A DNA stretch of 64,000 nucleotides, taken from assembly GCF_001194135.2 (NCBI RefSeq), contig NC_068981.1, positions 106,877,805-106,941,804 of the forward strand. The letters are read 5' to 3'. Position numbers and translations under genes: made by a program. Shown here in pieces: positions 11,616 through 25,500 of the stretch (positions are counted from its first letter, which is position 1; the number at the start of each line of letters is the position of its first letter). This stretch comes from Octopus bimaculoides. Its lineage: Eukaryota. The notes under the pieces were generated by a model, which was not told the origin of the DNA, made no database searches, and was given only the letters and a program-made list of their open reading frames with translations.

Positions 11616-13544
11616 AAAAAAAAAAAAAAAAAAAAAAAAAAACACACACAAAAATAAGATGAAATGACCCTCTTCCAACTTATGCGAGCATTGGAAAAGG
11701 GATAAGAAATTATGATGACAATTGGTAACAGTGCCAATGATGTTGTGGTGGTGGTAATAATCGAAAGAGATTTTTTTTTACTTACATAATTGCTTGTGAC
11801 TTTAAAGATTGTGAATTTTGTCATAACATAAAAGAGAAAATTCTTTGCATAAAGACAGGAATTTGCATATTCAATGTCTCGTTTTTAAAAGTAATAATTT
11901 TTCAGTTTTTAGAAAAATTCTAGTTTTGAATAAGTGTACTTGAATTGTATAACTGCTTCTTCTGCTGGTGGCTTAGGAAAGAGAAAGTAACATAGTCCTG
12001 GCCACCACTACTTCTGGCCATATATATCTACTGGCTTGTTTCCATATGAGCATAGTGTGTCTTTTTGCTAACTTGTTTGATAATTCACTTATCATATATC
12101 TGTGGGGGGGTGTGTATCCTAGTAAATTTTCCTACATCATGGTCATGTGAAATATGCTACTTGCTTGTCAGAAAGCTTGGCTTTTTTTTTTCCATCTATT
12201 CTCCTGTGCCACCTCTAACTTCCCCATTATAAATATTCCTTTTTTCTTGCAACTTCTCTGTCATTTCATTTTGCATGTATGATTTTTCTGATGTTAAACA
12301 CTATTTATATTTTCCATGCTTCCATAATTTTTCCTCCATTCCATTTGAGATTGACAGCCTGTGAACATAGATAAGAGCATTGAAATTTGTACGATCATCA
12401 TAATTAGCATAACCACAAGTCTTTTTCTGTTTGCATCGCTTAACATGACAAGTTGTTTCCATCTAATCCAATTTTCAGGGTAGTTATGTGCTAAATATGT
12501 TGCTCTAACTCTGTTTGATGTCAACATTGTTGTCAACTGTTGCATTTCTTTCCTCAGTTTCCATCATCCTCTTTGTATTGCGTCTACATTTTGTATGTTT
12601 TTCAGTAGAGGATAAAACTGACAATTGTTACATCTGAAGGAGATTGGAGTGGGGATTAACTGCTTGAACTTGCAGTTAATTACTGAGCATGTTGAAAGAG
12701 CAAACAAATTTAATTGAATAGTTGTTAGTGTTAACATATTTAATGTAGAGAACATTAGAAAACTAACTTGATATAATTATGCTATGAGGTAAAAACAATA
12801 TTAGTCAATAACACCTATCATTTTAACCTTTTCATTGCCAAAATCACATGAAAACCAGTACCTATGTGCTTCAAGTGATGCCAAAAACAATCAAGAATTT
12901 GAAAGGATTTAAAAAAAAGTTTTTCATTATCAAGTTGTTTTTTAAACATAGCAAAATTTCTTATGTAAAATTATGGGGAAATGTTTTAATTTAAATGCTT
13001 AATCTAATTTGTTTAATTAAATTAATAATAAATTTAATTTAGGAATTTTTTACAATAGGAGGTTATGCATCAGATTATTCCAGAAGTAGTCTCAAATGGG
13101 TTGAAATCAAAACCTGGCTTGTACAGGTGACTGAATCAAGCTAATCTTTCTCATATCACACCCTTCCATTAAAGAAAAAAAAGACAGAGAAGGGCATATT
13201 TGACTGTGTAGTCATACATGAAATGTCAAGGAGACAATTTATATTAATCTGTTCATATTTTCTGCCTTTTCTCTTTAAGTTCTGCCTTTTGTCTTTAAGT
13301 TAAGTATATTTACAATATAAAAAGTTTACTATATATTTCCAGTAATTTTTATATATTCTTCTACAAACAAACTGTAATTTATACATGCATACACAGACAC
13401 TTGTTCACATATGCTCAAAACCCATTAAATGAAAACACTTTTTAGAATGAAATACTTTAATGGATATTATGTAATTTTTCGGTCATAAATATGTAAACGA
13501 ATAGCTATGCAAACTGTTATATCATCACCAGCAGCAACAATTTA

Positions 13545-13800
13545 TTTTTCTATCCTCTTGTTGCAGCTCCTTGTCATCTCCTTCATGAAGTTCAGCATCT
13601 TCAGATCAACCTTTACCATTTCTTCCCATGTCTTCTTCAATCTTTCTACATGTATCACTTAGCGCTTATTTATACAACTCTCATCCTTCCTACATGCTAC
13701 ATGTTTGTATCAGTCATCATAGTTCATGATATTGCTGTGCCAGTAAATGGGCAGAGCATATTTCACTACTAGCTGATTGACTATATGAGTGACTGGTATA
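13545..13800 (-). mobile_element. RTE-clade LINE 3' remnant (degraded)
   Basis: Reverse complement resembles 11330-11615 (gaagacatgggaagaaatggtaaaggttgatctgaagatgctgaac = KTWEEMVKVDLKMLN). Confidence 0.6.
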
Positions 13801-15264
13801 TTTTCAGCATTCTCTTGACTATTCATGATGAATTAGCTGTCTTTGCTTGTCTGCATGTCCTTAATTACTGTTTCAGCCTAACTTCAGTGGCTGGGCTTTT
13901 TGTTTGGTCTATTTTAATGGTTCCTTTCTTTCCCATGTATATTGCTCATTCAACAATCTCTTGTAGTAGCATTTCTATGTCTCCTTCCTGGCCAGCATTG
14001 TTGAGTGCATGCTTTTTCCTTAGTGACATTCTGATTCATAGTGACATACTGCTTTCACACTTACAATATAGTCTTCAAACAAAAGAAGGTTGTATCCTTT
14101 TGCATCTGTATATGTACATCTGTGTGTTTGTGCACCCATTCTCTGTGTGATTTCAGATATATTTTAGCCAGGTTAGTTATGATCAGTAATCAAAGGCACC
14201 CTAACCAAAAGTCACTTCTCTTTGTGAAACAAGAACTGCATTTCTCGTTTCACAAAGAGAAGTGATTGTTCTTCAAGATGGTATGGTGTACTTTGAGGGA
14301 GATTTGGCTTCTATTTCTTGTTTATTAAAGCATTATTGTGACATTCTTGTTAGGTTTCCTTTGTTAGTTTTGTATTGTTTTTTTTCTTCCCTTTTCTAAA
14401 ACATTTTTGTAATGGACCATTTTAAAGTACTTGATCGAGTGATTGTTTTTTAAGTTCCTTGTATTACCATTCTATTAAATTGATATTTCATATAAAAAAA
14501 AAAATCTATTGCCCATTTGTGCTTTATACCTATCTTTTATTTTGGGACATTCTCCTATCAAATTGGCACTTATTTCAGTTATCATGTAATTAATGAACGA
14601 AATGATGAAAATATATTTTACTTATATTTATGGCGAGAAAATGTGATGGTAATCTATTATCTTGTTCTATTTCTAACTGTACTTGATAAATCTGTTTGTA
14701 ATGTTTTTGAAGTTCAATATTTATGGTAATTAAATCATATATATGTGTCTGAATGTATATTTGAATTTATTCATAACAATCTTTGTTGTTCTACCTTTCT
14801 TCCATTACAACCAATTATTTATTCTTTTTTGTTCTTTAAAACTTATTCCCAATTTGTATATTTATGTTTGTAGATATATTTATAATGTAAATTATAGCTA
14901 GGGTTTCAAATGGATACCCTGAGTTTCTTGTCAGCAGAACACTGAGTACTCTTTTCTTAATTTGTTACCACATACCCACACACATGTATACATGCATGTA
15001 GTAGTATGCTGATGAGCCCAGTATAAAATGGTGTGTCAAGTTGTATCCATTTATGTCAAAAAGTAATATAGCCATTTGATAAATATAAATCGTGAAATAA
15101 TTATCGGAGTTGATATTTTCAAACAAAACTTTTAAAGGCAGTCCCTAGTATGATTATTGCAATCTGATGGCTAAATCTAGTAAATGAGCACTATAATAAG
15201 GAACAAATAAGAAATATATGAATGTGTGTTTGTATGTGTGTGTATATGTACATGTCTGTGTATA

Positions 15265-15575
15265 GAACTGGCACTCCATCGCTATGAAAATGAAAGTTCC
15301 AGTTGTTCCTATCAATGAAACAACCTGCCCATGAAATTAATGTGCCAGTAGCTGAGCACTCCACAGACACATGTACCCTTAATATAGTTCTCAGGGAGAT
15401 TCAGCATGACACAAAATGTGACAAGGCTGGCCTTTTGAAATACAAGTACTATTCATTTTTATCAGAGCAACATGAAATAAAGTGTCTTGCTCAAAGACAC
15501 AATGCGACACTGGGAATTGAGCTCATGACCTTACAATTGTAAGCTGAATACCCTAACTACTAAGCCATGAGCTTT
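15265..15575 (-). mobile_element. tRNA-derived SINE
   Basis: Same family as the younger copy at 51215-51685 (gctgagcactcca.agaca..tgtacccttaa; gacaaggctggcc.tttgaaataca). Confidence 0.8.
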
Positions 15576-16484
15576 CAGAATATGTGTGGGTGTGCATACA
15601 CGCATGCATTATGCAGAATAAATACTGTTGTAACTGATATTGACACATAAACATTTGCAAATATACATCAAACAATTTAAATGATTATGAAACCAAGAAC
15701 TACTTTTTCAAATAAAAATGCGTGTTTACACACACACACAATGGGATCCTATACAGTTTCCATGTACCTAACTCTACTCAGAAGGTCAATCTGATGCTAC
15801 AGTAGAATACACTAATCCAAGTTTTTCTTCTGTGAGATTGAACCTAGAACCACAGGTTGCAAAGCAAACTTATTGGTTTATTATATTTAAATCTAAAAAA
15901 GAACACAGCTTTTTATAGGGTGAGCACACATATATTCACATTGTGTATATTTTTTAATACTTTTTACACATGGTTTTTACGTGTGCACATATATACATAC
16001 ACACATCTTTGTTCAGAGATGCATTTGAGAAGAAGAGTACTCTGTGCATGTAGTAGAGTATCCTTCCATTTTTCTATAAATTGGAGGATTGACTCCATAG
16101 CTAGTTAGTTTCACATTAGAGGTTGGCACATTCCCAGATAGTCTGAATGGATGCTTCTTGTGAAACACTGAACAGTAGAGGGATGAATTAGACTTTCTGC
16201 AAAATGCCTCAATGTCATCATTACTAAAGTGAAGATGACAATGACAAGATCTTGAAACACTTAATTGATATAGGACAGTCACCATTCCAATCTAGACAGA
16301 GAGAACTTAGAGAGAAGTATGAGAAATCATTAAAAAGTTAAAAGCTTAAACTCAATCACAGTTGTATTTTCAATGATAGTTTATAAATAGCCCCACTCTC
16401 ACACACACGTGCATGTGAGTGTGTAGACACAATATATTCCTCATTTTTACCATATTGCCATGTTTTGAACTGGCCTTCTCCAAA

Positions 16485-16760
16485 TTAGTGTCTTGCCACT
16501 TATTGCATTCTCTTTTTTCTTTGTGAGGTTCCTTCAACTTGGATTGCTTGGTACTACTTTATCCAGTTGATGCCCTCCTTACATATCACATGTACAGCAC
16601 ATTTGATTTCTTTCATATAGAGTTTGTCTCTCAACTCATTTGTGCTCTGCTATTAATGTACCTCTAGCAGAACATACTTATCTTATTTCTTCCCAATGTT
16701 CCGGGACCTAAGCCTGATGGCTTCCTGTCTGCACATTAAATTCTTGACCGTGCTCAGAGA
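16485..16760 (-). mobile_element. RTE-like LINE remnant
   Basis: Reverse strand gives fragments STNELRDKL and IQVEGT consistent with the RTE C-terminus; heavily decayed. Confidence 0.45.
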
Positions 16761-17130
16761 TGCTGCAAATATGGTGGGTGAGCTTGCAGCAATCTAATTC
16801 TCACTTTACTAATAGCAGTTTTGTATATAACTTACAGGGCTCTCACAAACCATTCATCTTCATCTTGTTTTCTTAGTGATCTTTAGATTACAGAGACAGG
16901 TGCCCTGTCAAATGCCTTCCCCAGTTAAATATTGTGGCATGCTAAGTACTTCTGTTATTAACAAACTAAGAAGAGGATATAAATGGTACACCATCCTGAT
17001 GCAAATCTGAGTTACATTTATCTCATCTGCACTAATTCTCTTCTTAATCAGTTGTTATGACTTTGTCTATTATTTTCATGACTTGGTCCAGCAGTGTGAA
17101 GCTTTTATATATATGTATGTGAGTGTGTGT

Positions 17131-17184
<54 letters not shown>

Positions 17185-17651
17185 NNNNNNNNNNNNNNNN
17201 NNNNNNNNNNNNNNNNNNNNNNNNNNNNNNNNNNNNNNNNNNNNNNNNNNNNNNNNNNNNNNNNNNNNNNNNNNNNNNNNNNNNNNNNNNNNNNNNNNNN
17301 NNNNNNNNNNNNNNNNNNNNNNNNNNNNNNNNNNNNNNNNNNNNNNNNNNNNNNNNNNNNNNNNNNNNNNNNNNNNNNNNNNNNNNNNNNNNNNNNNNNN
17401 NNNNNNNNNNNNNNNNNNNNNNNNNNNNNNNNNNNNNNNNNNNNNNNNNNNNNNNNNNNNNNNNNNNNNNNNNNNNNNNNNNNNNNNNNNNNNNNNNNNN
17501 NNNNNNNNNNNNNNNNNNNNNNNNNNNNNNNNNNNNNNNNNNNNNNNNNNNNNNNNNNNNNNNNNNNNNNNNNNNNNNNNNNNNNNNNNNNNNNNNNNNN
17601 NNNNNNNNNNNNNNNNNNNNNNNNNNNNNNNNNNNNNNNNNNNNNNNNNNN
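17185..17651. other. Assembly gap (467 N) flanked by (TA)n
   Basis: N run seen directly. Confidence 1.
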
Positions 17652-17690
<39 letters not shown>

Positions 17691-20600
17691 GCATTTGTCA
17701 TTATCTGTGGAGTAGTGGAAGACAATGCTGCTTCACTGGTCATTCCTGGCACCTTGTATTACTGATTAACTAAGCAATGGTTTTCTTGACTGAATATTTT
17801 CATCATCAGGGTCCAGTTGTTTTCTCTGAGTATTGCTGTAAACCTTAACTAACCCTTTTGTTGAATCTACTGGTTTTAGTCCTCTCTCCTACATATTTTT
17901 CCATTCTTGTAGTAACATTTCTATACCTCTTTCTTCTTGACAAAAGTGAAAGTTACACACACACACATACCCTTGTAGATTTCACATAAGAAAACAGAAA
18001 ATAAAGTTATGGAAATAAAGTAACTATGGTATAATTAATAATGTTAATTCTTGGTAATGTTTCAAGATCACTCACCAATAATCAATAATTGGCCTTTTAA
18101 ATTATTATTTTGTTGATTTGATTGAGAAATCTTTAAGATATTACCTTGAAGTGATACAAGTTAGTGTTTAATATATTATCTATATTACCTACATTTCTTT
18201 GCAAACAAATGCTACTTAATGGATTTCTTTTTCTTTAATTTAAAAAAAAAATATTTTTGTAATTTCATTTAGTGTTGTTGTTCATTATCATCATCATCAT
18301 TATTATTAACAACAACAACAACAATAATAATAATAATAATGATTGTTTTTTCATAAATTAATAGCATATATGTTTTTAGATTCCTCACTGAAAAATTTTT
18401 TTGAAGTTTTACATAATATTTTTATATAATGATAGAAAACAAAAAAAGGAAACAACTATTTCTTTTTAATGAAATTCATATTACTAGAATTTTCATTTCT
18501 ACATGAATTTCTCTTTTTTTAAAGTTTTGTTTTAATTTTTTTTTTTTCTATTCGATCTTTTGCTGTTAATTTCTTCTTTTAACTAGTAATAACTTTTGTT
18601 TGGAATTGGCAAGAACAAGACTAGATTCTTTACATTTTTGTTTGTCTTTGTTCTGAAGTCACAGTGGATGGATGGTGGATCAATAAAATAATTAGTAAGA
18701 ATAATTTTAGATTGATTAAAATATGTTGTTGCATTTCTCTGGGAAAATTAGCCATTTCTCTAGGATTGGAAACATTGGTATTAAATCATGATATAGAGTA
18801 ATAAAACCATTTGAGTGATGGGCTTGATAAAATTAGTACCACTTGAGCATGGAAATCAATGTAATCAACTTAGCCCCTACCCTAAAATTGCTAACCTTGT
18901 GCCAAATTTTCAAACCATTATTATTATTATTATTTCTTGTCATGGCAAAAAAAAGAAAGAAAAAAAATCTTCATATGTGGCTCTTATTTGGATTAACAGT
19001 TTCTTGATATTTTTCTAACAATGAGATGTTTATTTGTGTCATGTCTTATACACATGTTACATACAAATCTGAGAAGTCTTTTTTAAAATTTTTTATCTTT
19101 ATTTGAGGTAGAATATAGCTTTTCTGAATGTAGGATTTTTTCTTGTCTACAGTTTCTCTAGATAGCAGCAAGACCTAGGCAACTCACTATCAAATGAAAG
19201 TTTTGACAATAAACGCAACGACTCAAAACAAATGAACAACATAACAGAATAAGAATATTATACCGCAAAATACACACACACTTTGAAAGAAAAAAATGAA
19301 TTGTGCTTCTATACACAATAGTTCTAGTGTGAAAAATGCTTGAAAGAAAAAAAAATGATGTTTCTATACACAATAGTTCTAGTGTGAAAAAATCTAATGA
19401 CTTGCTTGGTGACAGCAACAATATTCACACATACACATTCACATATTTTGCCAAACAAAGCTATTGTAAATTCTGTCAATAGCAATGCAAGCAGTGCTAC
19501 TCACAGGCAGGTTTTTGACATGGATGAATCCAGTCAGCAGAAGGAGGTTTGTCAGTGGTGTTTTACAAAAGGGTGTGTTTCCTTGCTTGAGAAATTACCT
19601 ATGAATGAGCCAAAAAGTAAAATAACACACATGTGTCTCTTGTAAAATGTGAGCATTCAGTATGCCCTTAAAAGAACAATTTAAAGAAGAAAAGACCTGG
19701 CTATGACTCGTTATACAGAGTGTCTGTCTAGTTTTCTTACATATTTGCTTCAAGAGAAGGATGTCACTAAATCTCTGAAGTACTCCTAGAAGCAGAAGAA
19801 AAAAAATTTGTTAATGTTGTTTAACCTAGGGTCAAAGCTCATTGAGTTGATTTGTGATCAAAGGTGTTTCAGCCATATCAAGGACTATATCTTCTAATGT
19901 AGCCTTTCTTTTTAAGGCATTGGGATATAATTTGGAGATTTTGTTAGTTTTTCTAGCAGGTAGTGCAATCACTTAAAGGCTCCTTTGTTATCCCATCATT
20001 GATATTCCTATTTTACTACTGTACTTCAAAGAGGTACAACATTACAGATATTCATTTCAACTCACCTCTAAAATTGGACCCTTATGCCTAATTAGAAGTA
20101 GTAGCAGAACACCTAGTGGCAGTGATTAAGAGGAAGGGTAGGAAGAAACAGTAGTAGTGTCAGCAATATTCGTTAATGATTGTTATTTCAGTGTTAATCA
20201 TATAATTAGAGGGAAGCAAAATTGGTCTTCTCATTAAATGTTGTGTCATCTAACTTTAGTGAATTACTCTGAGAAGATGGAGAAAAATATTTGACTTGAT
20301 TATAATACAAATTTCCCTAAAGTTTTCTTTTCAATGTGTCTGCAAAGGTGTCTCTGTTGTGTAATAATATTCATGTGACTCAAATGGTAATTGGATTTTT
20401 TAAATTTCTGCAAAATATTACAAAACAAACAACTAAATAAAAAATTCTATTTTAAATTCTGGTAAACTTCTCATAACTGGATGGATTGTGAAAAATAATA
20501 ATTTGTTGATTCTTCAATACTCTTTTTCTCCCTCATATAGATTTTTTAAGAAAAGAAAAATTAGTTAATAGCAATCCAGAAGTACTCTTACACTTTCACA

Positions 20601-21082
20601 GTATTGCTATGTGATTAATTTTTAGTGTCATCATATTGAAAAAGATGCTGTTTTAATTAATTTTTTTCTCCCCCCAGTTCTGTTCACTAGATTGGAGTAA
20701 AGAGGCAAAGTGACCAAGCAGAAATGTGTTGAACTGTGCTATCTCATTAATCTTTAAATCAAATCCATTGCAATAATTTCACTGTAAATTTTGGCAATAT
20801 ATTAATTTTATACATTGAGAACAGGTACTAGATATCCTGGGAATGTTATATGTGATGCTGGCATCTTATCCATGTAGTAAGCATATTTTCATTCTGCTAG
20901 GTACTATGAGATCAGAGTGGAATATTGTTCCATCATGAGGGTACTACTGTATACAATTCTAGCATATCTAGGAAAGTCATTCTTAATCATTTTGACTTCA
21001 CAGTGCACAGATATCTTCTTTTTCTTTTTAAAAAAAAAAAAAAACAACTTGCATTTTGCATGGAAACTTTAAAAAAATTTAA

Positions 21083-23653
21083 CCCTTTAGTGTTCAGATT
21101 AATTTGTCAAATGTAATGCTTATCTGTTCACATTAATTTTGAATTATTCAGGTTCAAGTGGGGTGTCCACAATATTTGCTTGTAACTTTGTTAATTTTCT
21201 TCATACAAATTTGAAATTTTTTAAATGGGTGCTTATATGCCAGTGGTTTATAGTGGTTTAAATTTAGCTGATCTTTCTGATTAAATTTGACTTTTATGGA
21301 CAGGTAAATTTAATCAACAGGTGTAAAAACAATAATAACATTATGAATAAACACTAAAATTCATATTCTTAATTCATCTTACCTGTTTGGTTTGTTAACC
21401 GCCAACATTTTTACATTTTTCAAGATGAGGTACATGAATTTGAATTGATTAAAATACAGGTGTAATCAGTACAAGATTTTATTCTTTCTGTATATTTCAT
21501 TTAAACATTTTCATTGAAAAATAAAGTACAAAACTCTTTTACTAGTCAATATGCCATTGGCAGTGTACTCTCATATAATTTAATGAATTCATTTATGTAA
21601 CAGAATGCATCTACTAAAAACACTAATTAACAAATGAGACAAAGGTGAATACAGGTGTGTAACACACTGAAAATTAATATGTATTTCTCACTTTCACATA
21701 TTATTTATAATAAAGTGAAAAGGAATATATGATAAAATAATATAGTTATGGCATATTTCTGTCATGAAACTGCCCATATCACCTTTTACACAAGGGCACT
21801 TTGCAAAAGGAACACATATACAAAGTCTCAATCTTATACCCTTTTGCAGTTTTTCTTTTTTGCAGTGAACACAGTCTGCAAACTGTTTTTCTTCCATTTA
21901 TCTTTTTGACTTTATGAAAGTCAATATTTTCTCTGTTGACATCTGCCTCAGTTAATTTTGCTTTTCTCCCAGTTCTGTGCTTTCTAGAAGAAAAGCCCTC
22001 ACGTAACTGAGATGCGATGTCAACCTGAAATTTCAAATAGTCGTAGTCCTTTGGTGGTGGAGTTACCTTGTGGCTTTTTACATATACAATATATGAATTA
22101 ACTATAGTTAAATTAACTAAAAAACCACAAAATGTACCTCCACCATTTCTTCCCAGGTTGACCAACTGGGTAATATGCCCAATATTGGTCAGATTTATCA
22201 ACCCCACCCATATATTCGTTATAACAAATATTCACTAGGGGTTTCCCCTCAGCACCAACACCAGGTTGTTCATTAGTAGACAGAAATAAAATCTGTCTTT
22301 TGTCTTTCAAAGTAGTAGCTAATAAATTTTCCTTTTGCATTTGTAAAATATCCCCTCTTTTTTTAAAATTTTGTTTTCATTTCACGGGGTAAACCTTTAC
22401 GGTTGCCCATAACAGTACTGCATGTGTAAGTACTTACTCAAGCCAGATTTTCTGTCAAAGCCACTGAAGAAAAAAAAAGGATCAAAATAGAGGTGTTGGT
22501 GCTGATGGTGAAATGGTTCAGTAAGAGACCATACTATATCATGTCCCAATCCATTATATTTTTTACCTGTGTAAACATCAAAGTTTACACAATATCCAGT
22601 GTCTGATTCACAAACTTCCTGTACCTTGATCCCCCCTTTAGTGGGTTTGGCAGGCATGTACTGCCAAAAATGTATTCTGCCCTTATATCCTATCATGGCT
22701 TCATCTACACTGAGAATTTTCCCTGGCAAATACACAGTTTTATAACTATTAAGGAGTAAATCAATTATAGGATGTACTTTGTACAGGGGATCGTAGTTTG
22801 GGTCGTATTTGCTGGGAGCATTAGCAGAATCAATTAAATGTAAATACTGAGATATTTTCGAATACCTCATCTTCAACATTATACTTGAGATATACAGATC
22901 ACCATACCTTATATCAGGACTCCAGTAGTTCCACAGTCGAGGAAGCTGTTTAACACCAAACATAATATTGATTGTGAAAAACGCTCTCGTTTCTGCAGTA
23001 GAAGTTGGCTGCCATAGTGGATCGTTTCTTCCATGAATAGAAACTATATGTTGTGCATATTTGTTTGTTTCCTCCATAACATTTTCAAAAAAACTTTCTG
23101 ATAAAAATAAAAGTAGATAGCCCAATGGTTGTGTTGTGGACCAGTGTTTTCTGTAAAATCAGAAATAGTGATTGGTTTTGTAATCTTTGATCATGTTGCT
23201 ATGTTTACGATATCATTTTCATCACTTCCATTTTTATCACTTTTGTTTTTAAATTCTTCCTTGTCCAATGAATATTCACTAATATTAATATCAGATTTGT
23301 CCGAAAACAAAATACTCCTGTTTTCATTTATATTTTCTATATCATCAAGCGGAAAACCCTCAAAGTCGGAATCGCTATTTGCTGATGCCATTTCATTAAA
23401 AACTAAGATACAGACTTCTCTTCAAACATTGAAAAAACCATGTGGTCTAAACAATTTCTCAGTATTTATACTTGAATAAAGGTGGGAAGGGCTTCATCTC
23501 GCATTATCTCAAAGCTACGAGGATTCAGTAACGTGATTTGTTTATTTTTTTATCAATTCTGTTGAGCAGTCGGATACAACCAGACCTGGCCAGTTTGAAC
23601 AAATAAAAGGGAATTAATCTTGGCTGGTTTTGGCTAGTTTGAACACTAAAGGG
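21083..23653 (-). mobile_element. piggyBac-superfamily DNA transposon, near full length (2571 bp)
   Basis: 14-bp TIR CCCTTTAGTGTTCA at both ends; flanks TTAA (21079-21082) and CTAA (23654-23657); subterminal repeat gtttgaaca..aaaggg at the 5' end; transposase inside. Confidence 0.95.
21746..23391 (-). pseudogene. piggyBac (PGBD-type) transposase pseudogene
   Basis: Acidic N-terminus MASANSDSDFEGF; catalytic motifs LSVDEAM, LYFD and YMGGVDKSDQ; KPTKGGIK; C-terminal Cys-rich domain CRLC...CSFCKVPLC. Broken by TGA stops (23191, 21779) and several frameshifts. Confidence 0.95.
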
Positions 23654-23947
23654 CTAAGCTGGAATATTAGTTTGGATTTTCTAAGATCTTGAATTGTATT
23701 TTCTAATCTGCAGTCCACTGTTTGAGAACCACTGATCCCAGGCAAGTCAGCTTGTGTAGTGAATCTTTTTTAAACTGGATCTACACAAGAGATTGAACTT
23801 AGCACTATGAACTTGCAAAATGGCCATCAATTTAACATTCTACCATGCAGAACCTATTTACAATCAAAGTGAATTGATCCCATTGACTGTTAATATCTTG
23901 GTCATAGAAACAACGGTGATATAGGAATTATCGATATCTTGGGTAGT

Positions 23948-23978
<31 letters not shown>

Positions 23979-25269
23979 TACCCTATTAATTCAGCAATCT
24001 ACACTATTACTACTGTAGTAAAATAGTGAGCGCTAAAATTGCTTGAAATTTACATCATCTACAACTACTTCTTAGTATGAAATTACCAAGTCTTCTTTGA
24101 TCTACTTGTCACTTACACCTTATTATCAAGTCAATACAGTTTTCTATCAAGCATGTGTCATCTGTTGACATTACACACCCATATTATTGAAATCTTTTGT
24201 CCTGGACACATTAACTGATTTGTTTGTCTCACCTTGGTACATTCTACATTTACTTACAAGTTAACATTGTATTTCCGATGAATCATATTTAACCTGTTTC
24301 TTTTTATTTGTTGCATCTCTTGTGTAATTGCCTAAGTTTCAATCATATCCATCATTCATCTAATAAATTATAGAATAGTCACTATGAAATGGCCCTACTC
24401 TATTTGATCACTAATAAACTCCAAAGTGAAACATCAGTTGCTTTCTCTCTTCTTTTGTAACGCTGTAAAGGTGTCTTGTCTTATACACAAATAAATAGAA
24501 AATGCTACAACTTTGTAGACTTGAGTTATTGCAGCATGGAAAAATTTATTTTGAACAAAGGATTAGATATCCCTTATTTTGATATGCATTTCAAGTGTTC
24601 TTTTATAAACGATTAACCTTTGCAGTAACACAGCAAGAGAGACAGTGTTTGTGGTTTTGATTTTCCATAATTAGGCTAATCTTTATTTTTTAACAAATGA
24701 TTTTCACTGGAAAAACAATGTATCAAATTCCTTTTAAAGTATTTGCTTCATTATCCTTACTTTTGAACAGAAACTAATATGACAGAAACAGAGTTGAATA
24801 GTCAACAAAAAATGTAAAAATTCTTTTAAACAATAGAATTTCCACAAAGATTCTTCTACATGGAGTATTTTCTTCCATATGCATCGATGCAAATTTGAAA
24901 CTGAATAGAATATCTTTATTTTGTTATTTATTCGAAAGAAGATAATGATTATAAAATATTTGTAGTTGTATATCTTATGTTTATTGTTATTTTGTATATT
25001 TTTGTAACTTAAGAGTTGCTGTTTAGCTACAGGTGAGCTCTGACTGTGCAGACCTGTTATTAAAAACATTCCAGTCTTCACCATCCCATCTTTTTTATAT
25101 TGTCCAATATATCTTTCCTGTTTCAATATAGTAAGGTGGGATTTGAGGGCATTTGGCTACTATTGCTAGTCGTTTGAGCAACTGCACTGAGGCTCCTTTA
25201 TTAGTATTTCATTTAATTCCAGAAGTAATGTATGTCAATGATTTATATGTGAATGTTGTATGACAACGG

Positions 25270-25500
25270 ATTGGCAGTCATAAGAGCATTAGATAGAGTG
25301 CATTACAGTATTTCAGTTCTCTCTGCTCAGAGTTCAAATTCTGTCAAAGTCAATTTTGCTTTTCATTCTTTCAGAGATGATGAATAATGGACCAATCAGA
25401 GCAGTAAACTGGCAGAATTGTTAGGGTTAGATGAGATGTTTCATAGTATCTGTTCTGGCTGTTAAGAGTTCTGAGTTTAAATTCTGCTTAGGGATTCAAA
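25270..25500 (+). mobile_element. Degraded tandem tRNA-derived SINE heads
   Basis: Two ggcag..ttag....ctgagttcaaattctg heads; same family as 880-1390 in sense orientation. Confidence 0.6.

Noticed and set aside
19283-19660. ~57-bp tandem duplication and a CQWC...C peptide resembling a transposase Cys-rich tail
   Set aside because: Cys spacing needs several assumed frameshifts and no termini were found.
23129-23479. 116-aa plus-strand ORF (and 39888-40130 minus)
   Set aside because: Antisense shadow of the piggyBac transposase N-terminus.
20973-23734. Possible hAT MITE split by piggyBac copy 1 (right end gtttgagaaccactg at ~23720-23734)
   Set aside because: Left end and 8-bp TSD are too degenerate to support.
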